Made by a program: the position numbers and the translations under genes
Shown: piece by piece, positions 9,142 through 17,306 of the stretch
Position numbering within the stretch: position 1 is the first letter of the stretch
Layout: each line of letters opens with the position of its first letter
Assembly: GCA_036398095.1 (NCBI GenBank)
Contig: DASWHR010000127.1
Span: 1,995 to 65,994, forward strand
Length of the DNA stretch: 64,000 nucleotides
Reading direction: 5' to 3'
Source of the DNA: Actinomycetota bacterium
Lineage (GTDB): Bacteria > Actinomycetota > AC-67
The notes under the pieces: model-generated
What the model saw: the letters and a program-made list of their open reading frames with translations, nothing else
Told to the model about the DNA's origin: nothing
Databases searched by the model: none

Positions 9142-9717
9142 ATGGGGGCGAAGAAGAAGGTCGCGAAGCGGCCGTCCGGCGCGACACGGAAGGTCGCCGG
9201 CGGGCTTCCGTGTCCGGAATGCGATTTCGTCGCCAAGCACGCTATGGGACTCGGACGCCACCGCTCGGCGCGGCACGGCGTGGTTCCCAAGCGCGCCGCG
9301 ATGGCCCGGCCGAAGGCGCAAGCCCCCGGCGCGCCCTGGATCACGCGCGAGCAAGCCGCCGAACGCGCGGACGTTCACTACAACACGATCCGTCACTGGG
9401 AGCGGCGCGGATTGGTTCGCACCACGCGTCGTGCCGGCATCCGCGGCGTGTTCGTGCACGGCGAGGACGTCGATCGCGCGGCGGCCGGCGGAACCGCGCT
9501 CGGCGTGGGCGCTCGGTCGTTGTCGATCGAAGAGCTTGAACGTCGCTACTCGGAGCTGCTCGCCAACTTGGAACGGTTGCTCGCCGCGACGAAGCGAGGC
9601 GCGGAGAAGGTCACCAGCGTCGCCGCCGGATCACAGCGCTCGCGGGGCGGCGGCCCCGCGAAAGCGAAAGCGAAGGCTCGTCCGCGGCGGCGTGGCCGGC
9701 CGCGATCGCGCCGATAG
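9142..9717 (+). CDS. DNA-binding protein with a C2H2-like zinc knuckle, an excisionase/MerR-type HTH and a basic AT-hook-like tail
   Basis: GGGAGG lies 5 nt upstream of ATG 9142. Motifs, in order: CPECDFVAKHAMGLGRHRSARH, then ITREQAAERADVHYNTIRHWERRGLV, then a coiled segment, then PRRRGRPRSRR at the C-terminus. Confidence 0.7.
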   Translation: MGAKKKVAKRPSGATRKVAGGLPCPECDFVAKHAMGLGRHRSARHGVVPKRAAMARPKAQAPGAPWITREQAAERADVHYNTIRHWERRGLVRTTRRAGIRGVFVHGEDVDRAAAGGTALGVGARSLSIEELERRYSELLANLERLLAATKRGAEKVTSVAAGSQRSRGGGPAKAKAKARPRRRGRPRSRR

Positions 9718-10201
9718 GTTCGAGTTCGGCGGGAATCCCGAACGCGTCCTTCACGTCGCGCTCGTGCCGGAGGCCGAAGAACAGCGCACCGAGACCCTCG
9801 TCGGCGACGGTGAGCAGCATCGTCATGGTTGCGAAGGCGGTGTCCACCGTCCAGTAGGGAACCGGCCACCGGTCTTCGTCGCGGTCGGTCCATCCCTTGT
9901 CGGGTTCCGCGTAGCGATCCAGATAGGCCTGTTTGTTCGCGCACGGCAAGACGATAAGACCCGCGCGCATCACGCCCCGTCTGTTGGACTCGCCTCGCTC
10001 GCCGCGAGGCCAAGCCGCATCCCAGAACCGCTCGCGATCCGCGGGCTCGGTGAGGGCGAGGAATCCCCATCCCTGCGAAAAGCCGGCCGACGGGGCGCGC
10101 GTCGCGTTCGAAAGAATCCGCTCGACGACGGCTTCGGCGACCGGACGGTCGTGAAAGGAGCGGACCATGCGTCGCCGCTCGATGACGCGCTGAAACTCCA
10201 T
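9611..10201 (-). CDS. nitroreductase family protein
   Basis: The opening MEFQRVIERRRMVRSF... and the SAGFSQGW motif are typical of the family. GGAGGA lies upstream of ATG 10201. The 3' end overlaps the convergent gene by 107 bp, so the stop region is less certain. Confidence 0.75.
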   Translation of the reverse strand: MEFQRVIERRRMVRSFHDRPVAEAVVERILSNATRAPSAGFSQGWGFLALTEPADRERFWDAAWPRGERGESNRRGVMRAGLIVLPCANKQAYLDRYAEPDKGWTDRDEDRWPVPYWTVDTAFATMTMLLTVADEGLGALFFGLRHERDVKDAFGIPAELEPIGAIAAGHAAADEPSLSLSRGRRPASAVIRRRRW

Positions 10202-10209
10202 CGATCCTC

Positions 10210-11616
10210 CTAGGTGCGGCCGCGCATCGCCGCGAGCGCCGATTCTAGGCGGCGCCGCGCGCCGGTGAGTGTTCGGAGCCGCTTGGCGAGAATGTCGCGC
10301 GCGAACCGCTCCAGCTCGTCCGGTCCGGTCACGATCGCGCGAAGCCGTTCGATGCGCGGCGCCCCGTCGTGTGTGGCGCTTTCGACTTCGGGCACCCAGG
10401 TTCCGTCGCGGCACACTTCACGCCGCGTCGACACGACCGTCACGAGTCGCAGCGGGATTTCGACTTCGACTTCGAGCGGCGCGTCGTCGGACATGCCCGT
10501 AGCCAGTCGCAGAATCTCGGCCGGGTCGTCGGCCGGGATCTCGACGGTCGCTTCGTTGCGAAGCGCGCGGGCTCGCACCGCCCCGGCGAGCACGGTGTCG
10601 TGCGCGACGAAGTCGTTGTCGAGCTTGCGGACCGCGCCTTCTCGGCAAGGTGCCGGCAACCGGCCCGTCCCAGACACGGCCCCAGATACCGGACCGGAAA
10701 CGGGCACAGAAACGGGACCGGAAACCAACGGGGCCGCCTCCGGCTCGTCTTCGGCGAACAGCGGCGGCACGTCGATGTCGAACTCGTCTTCCTCCATGAA
10801 CGACGGCACATCCTCGATCAACGATTCGCTCGCGCGAATGGTCGGCAAAACGTCCCCCGAGGAGGATCGGATCAGCAGGTCCGGATCATCGCGCGTGAGA
10901 GGCGCAGGCGCCGGCTCGGGTTCAAGCGGCGCCGGATCGGTCGGCGCGGGCGGCTCGAAGGTCGGTTCGCGGTCGCGCAGTGTTCGCGGTGCCGGTGAGG
11001 CATCCAGGACGTCCGGGCGGGCGAGCGACGCATCCCATTCGGTGTTCGCGCGCGCGGGTCGCGGCATCCGGCGGCGCACGCGGGCAAGCGCGAACAAGCC
11101 GAGCAGCGCCGCGGCGACCAGCAGGATCGCAGCGACCGGCAGCGGCTTCGATGCCGCCGCCGGCGGCGGCGCGGCTTGCGGTTCGCCGGCCGGCGGACAC
11201 GGCATGGACTGCACAGGCGGGGCCACGTGCTCGGTCTCGTCGCGAGCCCCTTGGCTGTAGACGATCCCGCAGCCTTCGGGGTCGGTGATCCGAAGCGTGA
11301 TCCTCGCGCGGCCGTCCTGCTCGTTGGTGCATCCGTCCGGACGACGCGCCGGCGGACCGTGCTGGAATCCCTGCGACGGTCCGGTCGTCTCGGGATCGGT
11401 CAAGTATCCGCACTCTGCCTCGAGCGCCCAGCGATAGCTCAGCTTTCCACCGTCGGGGTCGCCGGCGACGGCAATATAGAAGGTCGTCGTGCTGGTCGGG
11501 TTGTACCGGGCGACGAATCGGTCGAGGCGCGGCGGACGTCCTTCCGCCGCAGCCGGGCTTGCCCAGGCGGCCACGGCCGCAGCCGCGACGACCCACACGA
11601 GGCAAGCGCGCCGCAT
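10210..11616 (-). CDS. bitopic membrane protein of unknown function
   Basis: Signal peptide MRRACLVWVVAAAAVAAWASPAAA, one TM (LPVAAILLVAAALLGLFALA) and an acidic/Pro-rich linker containing the VSGPVSVPVSGPVSGAVSG repeat. Its start shares a base with the upstream stop (TGATG). Confidence 0.65.
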   Translation of the reverse strand: MRRACLVWVVAAAAVAAWASPAAAEGRPPRLDRFVARYNPTSTTTFYIAVAGDPDGGKLSYRWALEAECGYLTDPETTGPSQGFQHGPPARRPDGCTNEQDGRARITLRITDPEGCGIVYSQGARDETEHVAPPVQSMPCPPAGEPQAAPPPAAASKPLPVAAILLVAAALLGLFALARVRRRMPRPARANTEWDASLARPDVLDASPAPRTLRDREPTFEPPAPTDPAPLEPEPAPAPLTRDDPDLLIRSSSGDVLPTIRASESLIEDVPSFMEEDEFDIDVPPLFAEDEPEAAPLVSGPVSVPVSGPVSGAVSGTGRLPAPCREGAVRKLDNDFVAHDTVLAGAVRARALRNEATVEIPADDPAEILRLATGMSDDAPLEVEVEIPLRLVTVVSTRREVCRDGTWVPEVESATHDGAPRIERLRAIVTGPDELERFARDILAKRLRTLTGARRRLESALAAMRGRT

Positions 11617-12860
11617 CAGTCCTCGACGGACCGGCGGCGAGCGATCGCGAAGAGGCCGCCGAAGGTTCCGCCACCCGCGAGCAGCACGACGGCGACGGCG
11701 AACCAGTCGCCGGCTCCTCCGCCCGACCCGGTCCGTCCCTCCTCGCTCGGCGTCGCGGCGGCGCTCCGCGTCGGTGCCGGAGACGCCGACGCGGTCTCGC
11801 TCGCCGACGGCGACGGCGACGGCGTCCCGACGTTGCCGCGAAGCTCGATCGTCATGACCGGCGTATCCGGGTCGTCGCTTTCCACGCGCAGGATCGCCGT
11901 CCGCGGCCCGTCCTGCCCGGGGGTAAAAGTCGCCGTCAGCGGAAGCTCGCCCGCGGGACCCAGCACTTTGGGCGTCGACGGCAAGGACTCGAAGCGGAAG
12001 TCGGCCGGCGCATCACCTTCGACGATGATTCGCGTGATCCGCAGCGGTGCGCGGCCCCCGTTGGAAATAACCACGGGAACGCCCCGGCTTCGCGTCCCGA
12101 CGGCGACATGACCGAGGTCGATCGGCGACGGGTTGACCTTAATGTCGGGCGCCGTTCCGTTTCCTTCGACTGCGATCGTCATTCGCCCCACGCACGCGTC
12201 CGAGTCGATCGTGATGGTCGCGGTGCGCCGCCCGACGGCACCGGGGCGGAAAGCGACGGTTACGATTGCGTCCTCGCCGGAGTCGAGCGTCTGCGCTCCC
12301 GATCCGCGAACGGTGAACTCGGAGCGATTGGTCCCCGCGGCAGCGACGCCGGTGATCCTCACCGGATCGCCGCCGATGCTCGTGATCGACAACGCAAGCT
12401 CGTCGGACGTGGTCTTGATTCGCTGATCGCCGAACGACAGAGCCTCCGGGTTGACATCGAGAATGCGCGTTGCGCCGCGTCCCGAAACCGGGATTTCGAC
12501 CGGCCCTTCCGGGGCGTCGGAGGTAATGCGCACGATCGCGCTGCGGTCGCCGGCCACGCGCGGCAGGAACCCGACCTTGAACGAGCCGCTCTGTCCCGGG
12601 GGAATCGTGCGCGGCTGCGCGTCGGCCAGCGAGAAGTCCTGTGGATGGGAGCCGGTCAGCGCGATGCCCGACACGGTGAGCGGGTCGCTGCCGGTGTTGG
12701 TCATCGTCACCGCACGCGCGTCGATCGGAGCGCCGACGCACGACGTCCCGAAAGCCAGCGTTGTCGGCGACACCGACAAGCCGGAAGCGGCCGACGCGAC
12801 TCCGGAAAGAAGGAGAGCGCACCCGGCCCCGGCGACGGCGAGCACGATGCGGGTCCGCAC
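11616..12860 (-). CDS. surface protein with repeated choice-of-anchor-D / ASH-type Ig-like domains and a C-terminal TM anchor
   Basis: Signal peptide, then four repeats of the pattern FG...VG....V.N.G..PL.I..I...G....F. These are followed by a Ser/Pro/Ala linker, a hydrophobic segment and RRR. Confidence 0.75.
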   Translation of the reverse strand: MRTRIVLAVAGAGCALLLSGVASAASGLSVSPTTLAFGTSCVGAPIDARAVTMTNTGSDPLTVSGIALTGSHPQDFSLADAQPRTIPPGQSGSFKVGFLPRVAGDRSAIVRITSDAPEGPVEIPVSGRGATRILDVNPEALSFGDQRIKTTSDELALSITSIGGDPVRITGVAAAGTNRSEFTVRGSGAQTLDSGEDAIVTVAFRPGAVGRRTATITIDSDACVGRMTIAVEGNGTAPDIKVNPSPIDLGHVAVGTRSRGVPVVISNGGRAPLRITRIIVEGDAPADFRFESLPSTPKVLGPAGELPLTATFTPGQDGPRTAILRVESDDPDTPVMTIELRGNVGTPSPSPSASETASASPAPTRSAAATPSEEGRTGSGGGAGDWFAVAVVLLAGGGTFGGLFAIARRRSVED

Positions 12861-12892
12861 GACACTCAGACTACATGCGACGGGGTCGGCTG

Positions 12893-13297
12893 CTAGACAG
12901 CCGTGTAGACGAAGGAGCCACCGGCACCGGCGGCGAGCGTGACGACCGCCCAGGACGCGCCGGCCGGAACCCGCCCGGCCTCGTCACCGGATTCGGCGAA
13001 CGCACCCACGGGCTCGGTGTCGTCAAGCGTGACGTAGAACGCGACGTCCACGTCCTCCAGGCCGGTGACTCCATCCTGCGTCTCCAGCCGGAACGCCGCG
13101 CCGGGCGTGGTGACCGCGAACACCCAGCCGGCGATTCCGTTGACCTGCGTCGCGGCGTAGGTCATGCGGGGAATCGCCGGCGATCCGAATGTCGCCAGCT
13201 CGATCCGGCCTTGGACGGTCTGCGTCGCACCGGCGTGGGAGCCGGACCCCGAAGCGAGCACCAGCAGCCCGGCAAGAATCAGATGGTGGACACGCAT
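12893..13297 (-). CDS. small secreted protein
   Basis: Starts MRVHHLILAGLLVLASGSGSHA (signal peptide). High GC3. The start is taken at ATG 13297 inside the longer listed ORF. Confidence 0.55.
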   Translation of the reverse strand: MRVHHLILAGLLVLASGSGSHAGATQTVQGRIELATFGSPAIPRMTYAATQVNGIAGWVFAVTTPGAAFRLETQDGVTGLEDVDVAFYVTLDDTEPVGAFAESGDEAGRVPAGASWAVVTLAAGAGGSFVYTAV

Positions 13298-13362
13298 CCC
13301 GACGATTTCTCGGCCGACCCCGCGCGTCCCTGCTCCCCAACTCGGCATCATTGTTCGGACTC

Positions 13363-13863
13363 CTATTTGATGCAAAAAAGATTCGTGGCGCACGGGACGA
13401 ACCCGGCAATCTCGACGACGACGATCAGGGCGACGGTGAGTGCGGTCAAGATCGCCACGACAAGCCAGAGCGGACGAATTCGGTCCCGCATCAAGCGCGC
13501 CGGCGGCGAGCCGCCGGCGCGCGACTCGCCGTCGTCCGGCGTCCCGGTCTCCGACAGCCGGCCGGCGTCCACCAGGCTCGATTCCAGCACCTCGAGCCGT
13601 GCCGTCTCCAGCAAGCCGGTCGGGACGAGCACGTGGACCGGCACGTTCACGTTTCCCGACGGATACATCCACGCGAACGGACTACGATCGAATCCGTCGA
13701 GCACGACCGGAACGCCGGCTCCTTCGAGCAAACCTCGCAGCAGCTCGGCCTCGAAGCGGTCGTTCGCCGTCAACAGCCACGACCAACCACCGCGGCCGTC
13801 GCCCCCGACCCGCTCTCGCGGCGGCGCGGGGTCCAGAACGTCGCTGTGCCTGCGCATGGTCAA
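13363..13863 (-). CDS. DUF2007-like protein with C-terminal TM helix
   Basis: The segment WSWLLTANDRFEAELLRGLLEGAGVPVVLD resembles the putative signal-transducing DUF2007 fold. C-terminal helix LWLVVAILTALTVALIVVV. Confidence 0.5.
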   Translation of the reverse strand: MTMRRHSDVLDPAPPRERVGGDGRGGWSWLLTANDRFEAELLRGLLEGAGVPVVLDGFDRSPFAWMYPSGNVNVPVHVLVPTGLLETARLEVLESSLVDAGRLSETGTPDDGESRAGGSPPARLMRDRIRPLWLVVAILTALTVALIVVVEIAGFVPCATNLFCIK

Positions 13864-13979
13864 AAGAGTATGACCGGTCGCCCCGATCCGCCACGGCCGG
13901 CCCGATCCGGGTCGGATAGCCTTGGGCCCGGGCGTTCTTGAACCGAGCGTTCGACACGAGTGGACGGCGGAGGTCGAAG

Positions 13980-14213
13980 ATGAAGATCAGCATTGAATAT
14001 TGCGCGGTTTGAGGGTATTCGGCCCGTGCCGTCGGTCTGGCGGCCGCCCTTCTATCCGAGATGGAGCAATCGATTGAGGACCTGCGCATCATCCCTTCCG
14101 GTGGGGGCGTCTTCGAGGTGATCGTGGACGGAGACTTGGTGTATTCGAAGAAGAAGACCGGCCGTCACGCCGAATCCGGCGAGGTCGAGGCGATCATTCG
14201 GAGCCGCGCGTGA
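13980..14213 (+). CDS. SelW-like (Rdx family) selenoprotein with UGA-encoded selenocysteine at codon 11
   Basis: Hand translation gives MKISIEYCAV-U-GYSARAVGLAAALLSEMEQSIEDLRIIPSGGGVFEVIVDGDLVYSKKKTGRHAESGEVEAIIRSRA. The in-frame TGA is at 14010-14012, inside a CxxU redox motif. GGAGG lies 6 nt upstream of the ATG. The stop overlaps the downstream GTG (GTGA). The gene is absent from the ORF track because of the TGA. Confidence 0.85.
14020..14046 (+). promoter_or_regulatory. candidate bacterial SECIS hairpin
   Basis: Stem CGGCC(14020-24)/GGCCG(14042-46) plus GCC(14028-30)/GGC(14039-41), with an 8-nt loop GUCGGUCU. It begins 8 nt after the UGA. Confidence 0.55.
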
Positions 14214-15127
14214 AGCGAGCGCTGCTCATCTGGAATCCCGTCGCGACCACCACCTCCCCCGGCGTGCGCGACGTCATCGCCCGCGCACTGTCGAGCGAGT
14301 TGCACATCGAGGTGGCCGAGACGGTGCAGCGCGGCCACGCGACCGAGTTGGCCGCCGACGCTGCCGCCGGCGAAAGCTTCGATCTGGTGTGCGTACTCGG
14401 AGGCGATGGGACGATCAACGAAGCCGTGAACGGGCTCGCCGGCACCGGCGTGCCGCTGGCCGCGATCCCGGGAGGGGGCACGAACGTGCTCGCGCGCACG
14501 CTCGGCTATCCGAAGGATCCGGTCGAGGCAACCGCCACGCTGCTGGCGAGGATTCGCGACGGGCTCGAACCCAGATCGGTCAACCTCGGACGAGTGAACG
14601 GACGTGCCTTCGCGTTCTGCGCGGGGATGGGCTTCGACGCCGAGGTGGTGCGTCGCGTCGAGTCGAATCCGCGAGCGAAGCGACGATTCGGTGAGGCATT
14701 CTTCGTCGCATCCGGACTTCGCGAATACTTCCTGCCGCGGGAGCGGCCACGTCCGGCTATGACGCTTACGCTGCCGGGCGGTGCGCGCGTCGAGGGCGTG
14801 CGCGTCGCGGTGGTCGGCAACAGCGATCCGTTCACGTTCCTGGGCGCGAGGCCCTTTCGAATCGTGCCGGACGCTCGGCTGGAAGACGGCCTCGATGTGA
14901 CGGCCATTCGAACGATGCGGATCACAACGATCCTTCGCGTGCTGTTCACGGCGTTCGGCTCGGCGCGGCACACGGGATTCAAACGCGTGACCGCGCTCCA
15001 CGACCTCGACGGCTTCACGGTCGAGGCCGACGCGCCGGTTCTGTTTCAGGTTGACGGCGACCTTGCCGGACGCGAGACGCAGTTCCACTTCACCGTCGAG
15101 CGGGATGCGCTCCGACTGATCGGCTAG
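14210..15127 (+). CDS. diacylglycerol kinase family lipid kinase
   Basis: Motifs VLGGDGTINEAVNG and IPGGGTNVLAR mark the DAGK catalytic domain. Confidence 0.9.
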   Translation: MKRALLIWNPVATTTSPGVRDVIARALSSELHIEVAETVQRGHATELAADAAAGESFDLVCVLGGDGTINEAVNGLAGTGVPLAAIPGGGTNVLARTLGYPKDPVEATATLLARIRDGLEPRSVNLGRVNGRAFAFCAGMGFDAEVVRRVESNPRAKRRFGEAFFVASGLREYFLPRERPRPAMTLTLPGGARVEGVRVAVVGNSDPFTFLGARPFRIVPDARLEDGLDVTAIRTMRITTILRVLFTAFGSARHTGFKRVTALHDLDGFTVEADAPVLFQVDGDLAGRETQFHFTVERDALRLIG

Positions 15128-15816
15128 CCCAGAGCCGCCCGGGCGGCCGCGGGGTCGTCGGTGATGATCCCGTCGGCCCCCGCGTCGGCGAGCGCACGGA
15201 CGGCCGCGGGGTCGTTCACGGTCCAGACGACTGCCGCCTTGCCGGCGGCATGGGCCTGCCGGATGACCGCGGGTGAGGCGAGATCGACCGGCAGGTAGCA
15301 GATCTGGTGCCCGCCGGCGACGGCCATCCGGATGTTGTCGGCCGGATCGACCGGAGCGCCGGTCAGGACACCGGTGTCGGCCGTGCCTCCGGCGGCGCGG
15401 AACTCGTCCAAGGCCGTCACGTCGAAGCAGGACACGACCGTCCCGGCGACGTCCCGGCCGTCCAGGAACGCGGCGACGGCGCGGGCGGCGCCCGCGGCCT
15501 CATTCGACCCCCACGCGCCCTTGATCTCGAGCACGATTCGGCCGCCGGCCGCCTCCCAGGCCTCGATCAGCGTCGGGATGCCGCGATCCCCGGTCGCGGC
15601 GGCCCGGACCTCGGCGGCGGTCAGATCGGCCACGCGAGCGTCCAGGCCGGCAACGCGCGCCAAGGACTCGTCGTGGACGATGACCGCGACCGAGTCCGCA
15701 GTCAGGCGCACGTCCACCTCGACCGCGTCGGCCCCGTCGGCAAAGGCCCGGCGGATCCCGGCGAGGGTGTTCTCGGGCGCACGAGCCGCCGCCCCACGGT
15801 GGCCGATGATCCTCAC
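15124..15816 (-). CDS. glycerophosphodiester phosphodiesterase
   Basis: The IIGHRGAAARAPENTL, EVDVRLTAD and HDESL motifs are present. GTG 15816 is preceded by GGAGGGGGA. The stop shares CTAG with the convergent lipid kinase. Confidence 0.85.
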   Translation of the reverse strand: MRIIGHRGAAARAPENTLAGIRRAFADGADAVEVDVRLTADSVAVIVHDESLARVAGLDARVADLTAAEVRAAATGDRGIPTLIEAWEAAGGRIVLEIKGAWGSNEAAGAARAVAAFLDGRDVAGTVVSCFDVTALDEFRAAGGTADTGVLTGAPVDPADNIRMAVAGGHQICYLPVDLASPAVIRQAHAAGKAAVVWTVNDPAAVRALADAGADGIITDDPAAARAALG

Positions 15817-16058
15817 TCCCCCTCCTTGCCTCGGTTGTTTCCTGTGTCGCCAAAAGTCAATCGTTGTCGTCTCACGATAGCGCCTGTGCCACAAGCGGAA
15901 CAGGCCGGCCGCGCCGGCTGTGGAAAATACGGGGAAAGCCTTCTCGGAAGGTATTGCCAGCCGTTTCTGCCGCGTCATATACTCGCGCCGCTTCTGGACC
16001 TTGACGATTCACGTTTGCACTCGGTCCGGGGCGAAGACGAGAAGAGGGGGAAGTTGCT

Positions 16059-16325
16059 TTGGAGAGCATCTCGATGGACTGGCGCCACCAGGCCTCCTGT
16101 CGCGACGTTGACCCCGAGATTTTCTTCCCGATCGGCACCACCGGTCCCGCACTCGCCCAGATCGAGGCCGCCAAGGCCATTTGCGCGATGTGCGCCGTTC
16201 GCGAACCCTGCCTGGAATGGGCGATCGAAACCGCCCAGGACGCCGGGGTGTGGGGCGGCCTGACCGAGGAAGAGCGCCGGTCGCTGCGCCGCAGCCGTGC
16301 AACCCGCCAGCGCGTCGCAGTCTAA
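16059..16325 (+). CDS. whiB: WhiB family transcriptional regulator (whiB1-like by synteny with pdtaS)
   Basis: Four Cys are arranged as C-x22-C-x2-C-x5-C, followed by the GVWGG turn and a basic tail. The start may be the internal MDWRHQ. Confidence 0.9.
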   Translation: MESISMDWRHQASCRDVDPEIFFPIGTTGPALAQIEAAKAICAMCAVREPCLEWAIETAQDAGVWGGLTEEERRSLRRSRATRQRVAV

Positions 16326-16386
16326 TTCCGCGACCACCCGTCGCACGATCGCTGCCGCGTCCGGACCCAAGCGCTACGATGCCTGG

Positions 16387-16590
16387 ATGATGCGCGAGGA
16401 ATACAACGGCCCGGTCGGCTTCGCGTCCGAGCCCTCCGAGCGGCGCAAGAATTGGATCGCCCGGATCATCACCGCCGGCCTGCTGCTGTTCATCGCCTGG
16501 CTGGCGATCACCCGCGTGCTGAGCCCGCCGACGGATCCGACCTTCCGGCCTCCGCCCGGCCAATCGTCCTCGCTGCCCGGTCCGCTCTAG
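16387..16590 (+). CDS. small membrane protein
   Basis: Sequence MMREEYNGPVGF...WIARIITAGLLLFIAWLAITRVL contains one TM. Coding is supported only by frame and GC3. Confidence 0.4.
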   Translation: MMREEYNGPVGFASEPSERRKNWIARIITAGLLLFIAWLAITRVLSPPTDPTFRPPPGQSSSLPGPL

Positions 16591-17306
16591 ACATCGACGG
16601 CGGTCGTCGCCGCCCACAACACGGCCAAGTCGCCGGCCACCTCCTGCGGATGCTCGAGCGGCACGGTGTGCCCGGCATCTTCGAAGATCGTCAAACGTGC
16701 TCCCGAAATCCGCTCGGCCAAATACTGGGCATACTTCACCGGCGCGCACACATCCCGGCCGCCGGCAAACACCTGGGTGCGAACGCGAATCTCGGCGAGG
16801 CGATCCATCACGTCAAAGAGGTCGCACGCCTGCAGATCGGTCAGCGTGTGCTCCATGCCGACGGCCTCCAGCATGCGGCGCAGCACGATCCGCTCGCGAT
16901 CGCCGGCCTTCGGGCCGCACTGCGCGTTGGCGAACACGTCGATGGTGTCGCGGACGCCGTCGGCGAATCCTTCCAGCACCTGCGGCCAGACGCGCAGCCG
17001 CGCGCCGGTGCACGACAAGCCGAGCCCGGCCACGCGCTCGCTGTGCTCCAGCGCCATCCACAGCGCGACCGCGCCGCCGAGCGAGTGTCCGGCGACGGTT
17101 GCACGCTCGACCCCTTCGCGATCCATCGCGGCAACGACCGTGCGCGCATAGGCACCGACACCGCGCTCGCGCTCGGCGTCCGGCCACGCGCACCCGTCGC
17201 GCCCGGGCAGCGCGAGCGCCAGCGTGGGAATCCCGTGGAGGTGTTCCAGGACGCGATCCCACAGCGCCGGCGTGGCGCCCGAGGAGTGGAGAAGGATGAG
17301 CGTCAC
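16587..17306 (-). CDS. alpha/beta hydrolase
   Basis: Nucleophile elbow GHSLGG and a C-terminal DAGH motif. Confidence 0.85.
   Translation of the reverse strand: MTLILLHSSGATPALWDRVLEHLHGIPTLALALPGRDGCAWPDAERERGVGAYARTVVAAMDREGVERATVAGHSLGGAVALWMALEHSERVAGLGLSCTGARLRVWPQVLEGFADGVRDTIDVFANAQCGPKAGDRERIVLRRMLEAVGMEHTLTDLQACDLFDVMDRLAEIRVRTQVFAGGRDVCAPVKYAQYLAERISGARLTIFEDAGHTVPLEHPQEVAGDLAVLWAATTAVDV

Noticed and set aside
10650-10740. Short periodic DNA repeat (GGACCGGAAAC-like units), looked at as a possible CRISPR or VNTR.
   Set aside because: It lies inside a coding frame and encodes the VSGPVSVPVSGPVSGAVSG peptide micro-repeat. There are no spacers, and the units are only 9-12 bp.
15817-16058. 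A CRP/Cmr-type TGTGA-N6-TCACA site upstream of whiB.
   Set aside because: Only half-site-like fragments are present (TGTGCC, TGTGGA), with no matching inverted partner at the right spacing.
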